32,000 nucleotides of DNA, taken from NCBI GenBank assembly GCA_035325525.1, contig DAOKZR010000004.1:250807-282806 (forward strand). Reading direction: 5' to 3'. The notes under the pieces are model-generated. The model saw only the letters and a list, made by a program, of their open reading frames with translations, searched no databases and had not been told where the DNA came from. Of this stretch, positions 16,037 to 24,075 are shown one piece after another. The position numbers were made by a program, and so were the translations under genes. Position 1 is the stretch's first letter. Every line of letters starts with the position of its first letter. The DNA comes from Hyphomicrobium sp. (GTDB lineage Bacteria; Pseudomonadota; Alphaproteobacteria; Rhizobiales; Hyphomicrobiaceae).

Positions 16037-18375
16037 GCGCCGTCGGGAGATTCTGGAACCGTTTTGTGATGAGCCGCCGGAACTGGTGGCTGCCCCTCGC
16101 GATCGTGCTCGGTATCGGCATCGGAAGCATGCTGTTCATGGGCACGCGTACCTACCAGGACGCGCCGCCAATTCCGAGCTTCGTCGATGAGCAAGGCGGG
16201 ACGGTGATCTCAGCCGACGCGGTGACCCGCGGACAGGTCGTCTTCCTTAAGAAGGGGCTGATGAACTACGGCAGCATGTTCGGGGACGGCGCCGGCCGCG
16301 GCCCCGACTTCACCGCCTACGCGCTGCATCAGGTGGCTCGCGCGATGCGAGACCACTATGTGTCCTCCGGTGGCGCGGACGCCGACGCGGCGCTCGCTGC
16401 CACGCAACGCGAGATCAAACGCAACCGCTATGATGAACAGGCCAACACGGTAACGATCAGCGCGGCGCAGGCCTACGGCGCGCGCGAACTCGAGCGGCGT
16501 GTGGCTGCGATGTTCCGTGGCGGGGACAGCGAGGCGTTCCAGCCGGCCGGCTATATCACCGACGAAGCCGAACTGCGCGACCTCTCGGCATTCTTCTTCT
16601 GGGGCGCCTGGGTGTGCGGCGTCGAGCGGCCCGGCAAGAGCTATAGCTACACGCACAACTGGCCCTACGACGAGATGGCGGGCAATCGGCCCAGCCCGCA
16701 GGTCATGCTGTGGAGCGTCCTCGCGTTGCTCGGATTGGTCGGCTCGCTCGGCACGGTGCTCTTCCTGTACGGCCGCTATTCGTCGATCGCGGGATGGCAA
16801 CCGGCATCTCGGCGTGCCGATGCACCGCCGGACGGCAGCGCGGCGGCCACCGTCATTCAAGTCGATACGATGCGGCCTACCATGCTGCAGCATGCCACCT
16901 ACCGGTACTTTGCTGCGGCGGCAGTTCTGTTCGTACTGCAGATCGTGGCGGGCGTGCTGACGGTTCACGACTTTCTGGGAATAACGCGGGTGGCGGGAGT
17001 TGATCTTGCGGAAATCCTGCCCCTCCCGGTCGTACGCGGCTGGCACCTGCAGCTGGCGTTGCTATGGATCAGCGCATGCTGGGTGGCTGCATCGATCTTT
17101 GCTATCTCGACCGCCGCTCCCCAGACCCCGGCCGGACAGCTGCGCCTGGTGGATGCCCTATTCTGGCTGTTCATCGTCACCGTCGTCGGCGGATTGGCCG
17201 GTATCGCACTCGGGGCGCATGGCCTGCTTGGCGACTGGTGGTACCTGTTGGGCGGCCAGGGCTGGGAGTTCGTCGAGCAGGGCAAGCTGTGGCAGGCATT
17301 GTTGTTCGCCGTGTTCGCGCTGTGGTGCGTGATCCTGGCGCGCGCGGTACGGCCGATCTGGCGGTCCGGCGACGCATGGATCCTGCCCAAATGGCTCCTC
17401 TATTGCGTCATGTGCGTGCTGGTGATGTTCGTCTGCGGCTTCGTCGCCACGCCTGAAACCAACTTCGTCGTGGCCGATTTCTGGCGTTGGGCCGTGATCC
17501 ACATGTGGGTCGAGGCGTTCTTCGAGGTCTTCACGACGGCCGTGCTTGCCTATTTCATGGTCCTCATGGGACTGGTGAGCCACGCTGCCGCCTCGCGCAT
17601 CGTCTATCTGGCCACGCTTCTGTTCCTCGGCTCGGGCCTGCTGGGTATCTCGCATAACTTCTATTGGAATGCGAAGCCCGTCGTGACGCTGGCTGTCGGC
17701 AGCGTGTTTTCCACCCTCCAAGTGGTGCCGCTGATCCTGCTCACCTTGGAAGCCTGGCAGTTCCGCAACGCACCCGAACGCGTGTCCGGCTCGTCCTCCG
17801 GCGCTGGCTTCGGCCAGTCAGAGGCGTTCCTGTTCCTGCTTGGCGTGAACTTCTGGAACTTCTTCGGCGCCGGCTTGTTCGGCTTCATGATCAATCTCCC
17901 GATTGTCAACTACTACGAACACGGCACGTATCTCACCGTGAACCACGGCCACGCGGCGTTGATGGGCGTCTATGGCAACCTGGCGATTGCGATGATGCTG
18001 TTCTGTGCGCGCTGTCTGATCGTACCGGAACGCTGGAACAGGGCGCTGCTGCGCCGTGTGTTCTGGTCGCTCAACGTCGGCCTGATTTTGATGGTGGCGC
18101 TCGATCTGCTACCCGTTGGCATCGCGCAACTGCTCGATGTGCTCGAAAACGGCTTGTGGCACGCACGTTCGCAAGTCTTCGTACAAGGAGACTTGTTCCA
18201 AACGCTCACCTGGGCGCGGATCGTTGGCGGCGCACTGTTCGTGCTGGGCGGCGTGCTTCCCCTGGCGTGGTTCATGGTGACGCGCGCAAGCTCGCTCAAG
18301 GCGCCCCTGCCTGAGCCGGCGGGCGCGGCCGAGCCAGGTTTGGCCAGACCCATGCCGGAGGTTGGCCGCGCCTGA
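16033..18375 (+). CDS. qNOR-like haem-copper oxidase (nitric oxide reductase large-subunit family) with non-canonical, NO-dismutase-type active-site residues
   Basis: ORF track, 780 aa. The ATG overlaps the CCP stop (ATGA). N-terminal TM plus a haem-less periplasmic domain (no CxxCH), then a polytopic core with RGWHLQLALLWI, ADFWRWAVIHMWVEAFFEVF, GISHNFYWNAKP, GSVFSTLQVVPL, LTVNHGHAALMGVYGN. Confidence 0.9.
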   Translation: MSAVGRFWNRFVMSRRNWWLPLAIVLGIGIGSMLFMGTRTYQDAPPIPSFVDEQGGTVISADAVTRGQVVFLKKGLMNYGSMFGDGAGRGPDFTAYALHQVARAMRDHYVSSGGADADAALAATQREIKRNRYDEQANTVTISAAQAYGARELERRVAAMFRGGDSEAFQPAGYITDEAELRDLSAFFFWGAWVCGVERPGKSYSYTHNWPYDEMAGNRPSPQVMLWSVLALLGLVGSLGTVLFLYGRYSSIAGWQPASRRADAPPDGSAAATVIQVDTMRPTMLQHATYRYFAAAAVLFVLQIVAGVLTVHDFLGITRVAGVDLAEILPLPVVRGWHLQLALLWISACWVAASIFAISTAAPQTPAGQLRLVDALFWLFIVTVVGGLAGIALGAHGLLGDWWYLLGGQGWEFVEQGKLWQALLFAVFALWCVILARAVRPIWRSGDAWILPKWLLYCVMCVLVMFVCGFVATPETNFVVADFWRWAVIHMWVEAFFEVFTTAVLAYFMVLMGLVSHAAASRIVYLATLLFLGSGLLGISHNFYWNAKPVVTLAVGSVFSTLQVVPLILLTLEAWQFRNAPERVSGSSSGAGFGQSEAFLFLLGVNFWNFFGAGLFGFMINLPIVNYYEHGTYLTVNHGHAALMGVYGNLAIAMMLFCARCLIVPERWNRALLRRVFWSLNVGLILMVALDLLPVGIAQLLDVLENGLWHARSQVFVQGDLFQTLTWARIVGGALFVLGGVLPLAWFMVTRASSLKAPLPEPAGAAEPGLARPMPEVGRA

Positions 18376-18393
18376 GGCGGCTCACACGGGAAG

Positions 18394-18430
18394 AAAAGAG
18401 CCGTTTGCGCCACGCGCAAACGGCTCTTTT
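18394..18430 (+). terminator. Strong bidirectional-type terminator: 17-bp perfect stem aaaagagccgtttgcgc-cac-gcgcaaacggctctttt
   Basis: Read directly. A-run on the 5' side, U-run on the 3' side, 19 nt after the stop at 18375. The hairpin sequence is related to the one after thiC (6371..6406). Confidence 0.85.
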
Positions 18431-18510
18431 CATTTGTTCTGTCATTCATTTTTCTGTCGCGCTTCCTGGTGGAGAACCGGCTTTCCACTTTTCCGGGGCG
18501 CGCGCTCATT
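18431..18510 (+). repeat. Dispersed intergenic repeat, locus 3
   Basis: catttgttctgtc...ctgtcgcgcttcctggtggagaaccggctttccacttttccgg matches the core at loci 1, 2 and 4. Confidence 0.65.
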
Positions 18511-18672
18511 CGTCTTGCCGCGCTTGCTAGTGGCCTCGCTCCGGCAAATCCGCCGCTTATTGAGGCAGGCGGATCATGCTGCAACGTGAGCCAAGAACCT
18601 ACGGGCCACATGCGCACGCCGCGCTGATTGCGAGGCGTTGACTCTGGAACGCGCGTCCGCGCGGTGTTGACG

Positions 18673-18987
18673 CTAGAATGCGCGTCCGCGCGATCTTGGG
18701 CTTTCGTTCATGCAGTGCTCAGAAACGCGGATGTCGGCGCCGACGAGCCGGCAGACCTCGCGCTTGTAATTCGGGTTGTTGCGGATGCGCGCCGCCGAGG
18801 CCCGCATCCCGTACTCGCGCGCCACCTCGGCGAGCAGCTCGTCCTGGCAGTAGGGCGTCGAGATGAGGTTGCCGCCGACCTTCTGGAAGCCGTTATGACA
18901 TATGATGCGCGCCTGCGCGGGACTGGCGAGCGCGCTCAGGCCGGCCAACACGGCTGCCGCGCCAAAGCTCTTGCTGGGCTGGAACAT
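18673..18987 (-). CDS. Small exported Cys-rich protein (104 aa), unknown function
   Basis: This is the 3' part of the 18673..20028 track ORF. ATG 18987 is preceded by GAGGAG. Signal peptide MFQPSKSFGAAAVLAGLSALASPAQA. Four Cys in the mature part (RIICHNG...TPYCQDE...REVCRLV...SEHCMNE). Confidence 0.6.
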   Translation of the reverse strand: MFQPSKSFGAAAVLAGLSALASPAQARIICHNGFQKVGGNLISTPYCQDELLAEVAREYGMRASAARIRNNPNYKREVCRLVGADIRVSEHCMNESPRSRGRAF

Positions 18988-19161
18988 CGATCGTCTCCTC
19001 GTACTGGCGCCTTCCACGGCCCGGGCGCCGACCCGGCGGGGTCGGGTATCTTCAGACCGGACCACAGTAATACACGATCTCCAAGGGCGGGTCCCTCGCC
19101 TAAAGCTGATCGCAAGGCTATAGAACGCCAGCCACCGACAACACTCCGGCAGGGTGCATAT

Positions 19162-20133
19162 ATGATCACGGTCTACGACATCGCGGGCAAATGCCTGGTG
19201 CGGAAAGATGGCAGCACGCCGATTACCGACAGTACCGTGTGGATCGATCTGCTCAATCCCGATGGCGAAGAGGAGCAGGCCGTCGAGCAGGCTGCGGGCG
19301 TAGACGTTCCCACGCGCGAGGAGATGCGCGAGATCGAAGTTTCCAACCGCTTCTATACGGAGGGCGATGCACACTACATGACAGCGTTGCTGATGCAGGC
19401 GGTCAATCAGAACGCACCCGTCCTGACGAACGTCACCTTCATCCTGACCGGCAACCGTCTCATCACCGTGCGCTACAGCGATCCGCGCTCGTTCTCGATC
19501 TTCGCCGACAAGGCCTGCCGCGGCGATCCGGGATGCGCCAACGGGCTCCAAGTTCTGACCGGGCTGCTTGAGATCCTGGTGCAGCGCCAAGCCGATCATA
19601 TCGAGCGCATCCAGGACGAGGTCGAAAGCGTCGCGACCCAGATTTTCGGACAGCAGGCCGATGGCAGGTCGCGCGGCCGCCGCCTCGACGTCCTTCTCAG
19701 AACAGTCGGTAAGACGGGTCACTTGACGTCGCGCGCGCTGGAGTCCGCAGTCTCGCTCCACCGGACCCTGCATTACTTCGCCGAAGCCGCCAAAGCCAAA
19801 GGGGCCGGGGAGATGCTTATGGCGCGGGTGGATAGCGCCACGCGCGACATGCGTTCGCTGGCCGACCATCTCAAGGCCCTGTCGGGGCGCATCGCGTTCC
19901 TTCTCGATGCGACGCTGGGGATGATTTCCAACGAACAGAACCAGATCATCAAGCTCTTCTCGGTGATGGCCGTAATGCTGATGCCGCCGACGCTGGTCGC
20001 CTCCGTCTACGGCATGAACTTCAGGCACATGCCCGAGCTGGACTGGCCGTTCGGATATCCCATGGCCTTGGTGTTAATGTTCGTCTCCGCGCTCGTGCCG
20101 TTCCTTTATTTCCGCCGCAAGGGCTGGCTGTAG
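19162..20133 (+). CDS. corA: Magnesium/cobalt transporter CorA
   Basis: This is the 3' part of the 18628..20133 track ORF, started at ATG 19162 (MITVYD...), giving 323 aa. The C-terminal region has two TM helices with the YGMNF (GMN) signature. Confidence 0.93.
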   Translation: MITVYDIAGKCLVRKDGSTPITDSTVWIDLLNPDGEEEQAVEQAAGVDVPTREEMREIEVSNRFYTEGDAHYMTALLMQAVNQNAPVLTNVTFILTGNRLITVRYSDPRSFSIFADKACRGDPGCANGLQVLTGLLEILVQRQADHIERIQDEVESVATQIFGQQADGRSRGRRLDVLLRTVGKTGHLTSRALESAVSLHRTLHYFAEAAKAKGAGEMLMARVDSATRDMRSLADHLKALSGRIAFLLDATLGMISNEQNQIIKLFSVMAVMLMPPTLVASVYGMNFRHMPELDWPFGYPMALVLMFVSALVPFLYFRRKGWL

Positions 20134-20575
20134 GGGGCCTGCTGCGTTCGGATTCCTCTTGAACCCGGCGCCGGGGACACTGGCCAGGGGACACCAACCA
20201 GGGAACCCGGGCCGAGGAAACCCGGGCCAATGCCTGCTTTAGCGCGCCCGTAGCCCGCCGATTGCCTGCGTCGCGCCGTCGCGGGCATGGTCATGGCGCA
20301 ATTTTTTCCGCAAGCCGCTCAGCGTTGTGCTCGTTAAGCAAATATCTGCGGCGCGAATCATCGATTGACCTCAATCTACATATTGAGCTTTTGCGCCGCC
20401 TGAGGCGAGCGCTCGCTCGCTTCCAACCGGTGGCAACGAGGGACTGCACTTTTTCTGACGCCTGACGCGTGAACCGAGCACTGGCCCGACGAGCGGGCGC
20501 GGCGGACACGAAGCGGCGTTGCAACCCTCAAGCGCACGAAAGTCCGCGTTGCCGCCTTAACAGAGGAGTTCAGTC

Positions 20576-21136
20576 ATGCGGATCTTGACAAAAGCCCTGC
20601 TCGCTGTCGTAGCCGGCGCATTTGTTTCCGCCTCCGGCGCCAACGCTGCCAATATCTGGAATTGCACCGCGCCGGCTAACGTGTGCGCAAAGAGACTGGC
20701 CAAGGCTGCCAAAGCGAAATCCGTCAAGCACCACCATCATGCAAAGACGGCCAAGTCCAAGCATCACCACGCCAAGGCCTGGCATAAGAAGTCGCGTAAA
20801 GGGGCACACAAGCCCCACAAGAGGAACAAGGCTGCCAGCTACGGCGGCGGCCAGTCCGGCATCGCTTCGTGGTACGGCGGCAAGTTCCATGGCCGCAAGA
20901 CGGCTAGCGGCGAACGCTACAATCAGAATGCCCTGACCGCGGCCCATCGCTCGCTGCCCTTCGGAACGCGCGTGCGCGTCACCAACACGACCAACGGCAA
21001 CGCCGTCATCGTTCGCATCAACGATCGCGGCCCCTTCGTGGGCGGGCGTGTCATCGACCTGTCGCGTGCGGCCGCCAACTCGATCGGCATCAACGGCCTT
21101 GGCCGCGTGAAGCTGGCGGTACTCAGCGGCGGCTGA
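20576..21136 (+). CDS. RlpA-like lipoprotein / DPBB (double-psi beta-barrel) protein, paralogue 1, with a His/Lys-rich linker
   Basis: ORF track, 186 aa. Signal peptide [24 protein letters not shown], linker [39 protein letters not shown] block [73 protein letters not shown]. Confidence 0.88.
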   Translation: MRILTKALLAVVAGAFVSASGANAANIWNCTAPANVCAKRLAKAAKAKSVKHHHHAKTAKSKHHHAKAWHKKSRKGAHKPHKRNKAASYGGGQSGIASWYGGKFHGRKTASGERYNQNALTAAHRSLPFGTRVRVTNTTNGNAVIVRINDRGPFVGGRVIDLSRAAANSIGINGLGRVKLAVLSGG

Positions 21137-21185
21137 GGCTTCCACCATCGCAAGCCAAGTTCTCCGGGCGTCGAATGGCGTCATG

Positions 21186-21221
21186 AAGCAGCGTGTCCCG
21201 AAAGTGGCCACGCTGCTTTTT
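21186..21221 (+). terminator. Rho-independent terminator after RlpA-like paralogue 1
   Basis: aagcagcgtg-N13-cacgctgctt followed by TTT. Confidence 0.7.
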
Positions 21222-21709
21222 CATGTCCCTCCCATTATTGCCCCCAGTGCGCCGCCAGCCTTTCACTTGAATGCTGCACCGCACCCACCGCCACGGCTTC
21301 CACGTGCGGCAGGCTGTCGCTCGCCTCACGTATGTGTCTTATTAAATCAAGCAAGATCAGCACGCTGCCGATTGTGTTTAAAATCCGGCATTAAGATTGG
21401 CTTGACGGCTCCTGGGACCCGATGTTGCTCTCCGCGCGCCGGAGCGAACTCTGCACACGGGGACCCTCCGGCACGGCAATGAAACAAACCGAGGCACTCG
21501 GTTTCACGCACCGCCGGCACAAAGAGGAGATCGGTACACCGACGGCACTTGGAAGCGTTCGCGCGCCCCGCACAGGCGCCGCTGCCTGACACGTTTGCGC
21601 CAATTGCGCCCGAACGGCAGGGTGCGCTCTCAGTACCGCGTGGGTAACGGCCAGATCTCATCGCGCCGACTGTCACTGCCAACGAAACTCGAAACGAGGA
21701 GTTCAAACG

Positions 21710-22240
21710 ATGCGTAAGACACTCGCGATGGCGGCCGTGGCGCTTGCAGCCCTTACCACCACCACGATCTCTGCCAGCGCCTGGGAATGCCAGGGTCCGG
21801 CCTACGCTTGTAACGGCGCGAAATCCAACAAGGTTTCCTACAAGCCCTCGAAAAAGTCCGTCCATAGGGCTTCCCACAAGAGTTCCAAGTCGGCCAAAAC
21901 CGCTCACAAGAGCTTCAAGAAGAGCGGCCACTATGCCGCCAACGGCTCAGGCGGCGGCTACTCGGGAAAGGCGTCCTACTACTGGCAGCCCCAGCGCGTC
22001 GCTTCGGGCGGCTGGTTCAACCCGAACGCCATGACGGCTGCGCACAAGACGCTGCCGTTTGGCACCAAGGTCCGCGTCACCAACCGCAACAACGGCCGGT
22101 CGGTCGTCGTCACCATCAACGACCGCGGACCTTATGTTGCCGGCCGCGTCATCGATCTGTCGCGTGCGGCCGCCCAGGCCATCTCAATGACGGGGGCAGG
22201 CGTCGCGCCGGTGACGGTCGCCGTGCTCGGTAGGGACTGA
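21710..22240 (+). CDS. RlpA-like DPBB protein, paralogue 2, with a Lys/Ser/His-rich linker
   Basis: ORF track, 176 aa. Signal peptide MRKTLAMAAVALAALTTTTISASA. DPBB block [70 protein letters not shown]. The RBS region (GAGGAGTTCA) is shared with paralogue 1. Confidence 0.88.
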   Translation: MRKTLAMAAVALAALTTTTISASAWECQGPAYACNGAKSNKVSYKPSKKSVHRASHKSSKSAKTAHKSFKKSGHYAANGSGGGYSGKASYYWQPQRVASGGWFNPNAMTAAHKTLPFGTKVRVTNRNNGRSVVVTINDRGPYVAGRVIDLSRAAAQAISMTGAGVAPVTVAVLGRD

Positions 22241-22257
22241 AAGCGATGGAGCCGTCT

Positions 22258-22287
22258 TCTGGGGCCGAGTGTTCTGGGGCCGAGTGT
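22258..22287. repeat. Perfect 15-bp tandem duplication ttctggggccgagtg x2
   Basis: Read directly, just downstream of the paralogue 2 stop. Confidence 0.9.
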
Positions 22288-22342
22288 TGCGAGGGCGTGT
22301 GCGCTGGCAGCATCCCCAGCGTAGGTTCTAATAACCTTACGA

Positions 22343-22383
22343 GCAAGCGGCGGCGCCCATGGCCCGCCGCTTGCCTTATTTTG
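22343..22383 (+). terminator. Rho-independent terminator after RlpA-like paralogue 2
   Basis: gcaagcggcgg-N10-ccgccgcttgc followed by cttattttg. Confidence 0.7.
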
Positions 22384-22438
22384 CCCCCGTCGAATCACCT
22401 AAGTCTCTGGCTCAGGTTCGCAATCCGGGGGGAGCGCG

Positions 22439-23011
22439 TTGTACACTTCGACACACTGCGGCGCCGTTGCAGTGCCGCGCGTGCGCCGCGTGCGGCCACA
22501 AATCGCGGGATTTGTCCTCGCTGCCTCATGCAGCGGCGCGCTCATCGCCAGCCCGTCGCAGGCACTCGCGGAAAGCCAGCCCGAGGCTGCCGCTTCGGCC
22601 TGGCGCATCACCGCAAGAGTGGCGCGTCCGGACCCGGTCCCAACCTATGCCATGAACGTGGGCGTGGCATTGCCTGCCGGCTTGACCTCGCGGCCGGGCG
22701 CCGGCTCGAGCCTGACGGGCAAAGGTCACACACTCGAAGGCATCGCATCCTATTATTGGCAGGGCCAGATGACGGCGACCGGCGAGCGCTTCGATCCGAG
22801 CCAACTCACGGCCGCCCACAAGACGCTCCCCTTCGGCACGCGCGTGCGCGTGACGCGGGTCGACACGGGCTCCAGCGTGATCGTGCGGATCAATGACCGG
22901 GGCCCCTTCAAGCCTGGGCGGGTCATCGACCTGTCAAAGCGCGCCGCAGAGGAAATCGGCATGACCGGAAAGGGTCTTTCCCAGGTCAAGCTTGAAGTGC
23001 TCGGCAAATGA
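22439..23011 (+). CDS. RlpA-like DPBB protein, paralogue 3 (start uncertain, TTG)
   Basis: ORF track, 190 aa. GGAG lies 4 nt upstream of TTG 22439. Signal-like [35 protein letters not shown] block [70 protein letters not shown]. Confidence 0.85.
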   Translation: MYTSTHCGAVAVPRVRRVRPQIAGFVLAASCSGALIASPSQALAESQPEAAASAWRITARVARPDPVPTYAMNVGVALPAGLTSRPGAGSSLTGKGHTLEGIASYYWQGQMTATGERFDPSQLTAAHKTLPFGTRVRVTRVDTGSSVIVRINDRGPFKPGRVIDLSKRAAEEIGMTGKGLSQVKLEVLGK

Positions 23012-23057
23012 GGCCCGCTCCAGCACCGCGCCGGCATCGCCGGAGCGCGCGTCGCGG

Positions 23058-23726
23058 TCAATCCGTCGCGAAGCAGTAGAACAGGCCGTCGCCGCCCGTG
23101 CTGCGCAGATTATCCTGCGAGCATCCCTTGGAGCCGTGCGAAGAATTCCATGACTTCATGGGCGCACTGTCGTTGAGGCCCATGCGGTCGTGATGGCCCA
23201 CTATGGCTGACCCTTCCGCATTCTTCGTCCAGTTCCCGCAGGTTTTGTCTTCATCACCCGCAAACGCGGCGCCATCGGCCTGCGACCCGGTGAGGATGTC
23301 GTGTCGGTTAGGCTTGTCGCCACGTCCCGAGATTACGTTACCGTTTTCGTCGACGGCCGTCTCCTTCGACAGCTTGTTGTTGGCGCTATGAAGATCCTCG
23401 ACGCTGGCTGCGATGACAACGCCGTTGGCGTTGGTCCAGGGACCGTTGCCGATGCGGTCGCGCGCATTGACGGCGGCCCCACCGCCCGCGGCGCTCGCGC
23501 TGAGATAGGCGCGCCAGATATGTTGTCCCGCCCCGGCCGTGTCCGCCAGCTTCTTGCAGTGAGCATCCGCACCCGCAAGGCCACCGAGATTGGCGCCGTC
23601 GCCCGGCCCGGCGCTCGTGACGAAGAAAGTCATTGACGCGGGCTCGGCCCGTGCGGCGCTAGCCGGCAGCACACACGCGAGCGCAGCGGCGAACGCGCGC
23701 CCGGCATGCCAGTTCATGTTGGTCAT
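23058..23726 (-). CDS. Secreted endostatin-like / DUF1554-type (C-type-lectin-fold) protein
   Basis: ORF track 23058..23765. I start at ATG 23726 (GGAGGA SD; signal peptide MTNMNWHAGRAFAAALACVLPASAARA). FFVTSAGPGDGANLGGLAGADAHCKKLADTAGAGQHIWRAYLSAS...CGNWT...YCF parallels the collagen XVIII endostatin blocks (GG.[29 protein letters not shown]...CETW...VLC). Confidence 0.75.
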   Translation of the reverse strand: MTNMNWHAGRAFAAALACVLPASAARAEPASMTFFVTSAGPGDGANLGGLAGADAHCKKLADTAGAGQHIWRAYLSASAAGGGAAVNARDRIGNGPWTNANGVVIAASVEDLHSANNKLSKETAVDENGNVISGRGDKPNRHDILTGSQADGAAFAGDEDKTCGNWTKNAEGSAIVGHHDRMGLNDSAPMKSWNSSHGSKGCSQDNLRSTGGDGLFYCFATD

Positions 23727-23823
23727 CGGATTCCTCCATCGGTTTTTGTGCGTTGGGCACAGCATAACGCCCGCGGCGGCTTTTTGTTACCGCAAGCAGG
23801 AGGCCGGGCGGCAAGCAGCCTTA

Positions 23824-24075
23824 TCAGCGCGCAACGTCGCCGAAGTCGGCAATATCCAACTTGCTCAGATCCAACTTGCGGGTCGCGGTTGTGACGAACC
23901 CGCTGGCGCGCGCGGCCTTCTTGCCTGTCGCCCGCACAGCGGCATCCGGGGCGTCCGGCTTTACGCTCGCTATCGCGTAGGCGTCAGGGCCGAGTGCGCT
24001 TGCCGGCGGACTGAGGGCAACCAGGGCGCCCAGCACGCCCGCCGAAATTCGCAGACACAACTTGATACGAGACAC
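23824..24075 (-). CDS. Hypothetical small exported protein (weak call; start uncertain, GTG 24075 or TTG 24120)
   Basis: ORF track 23824..24120. Signal-like SRIKLCLRISAGVLGALVALSPPASA. Lies downstream of dksA on the same strand. No motifs. Confidence 0.3.
   Translation of the reverse strand: MSRIKLCLRISAGVLGALVALSPPASALGPDAYAIASVKPDAPDAAVRATGKKAARASGFVTTATRKLDLSKLDIADFGDVAR

Noticed and set aside
18628-19161. N-terminal 178 codons of the 501-aa track ORF leading into corA
   Set aside because: The extension is antisense to a better-supported small exported protein gene (18673..18987) and is Arg/Ala-rich junk. CorA homology begins at MITVYD (ATG 19162), which gives a normal 323-aa CorA.
18988-20028. 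Upstream two-thirds of the 451-aa minus-strand ORF 18673..20028
   Set aside because: It is antisense to corA with junk-like composition. Only the last 104 codons have an SD, a signal peptide and a coherent sequence.
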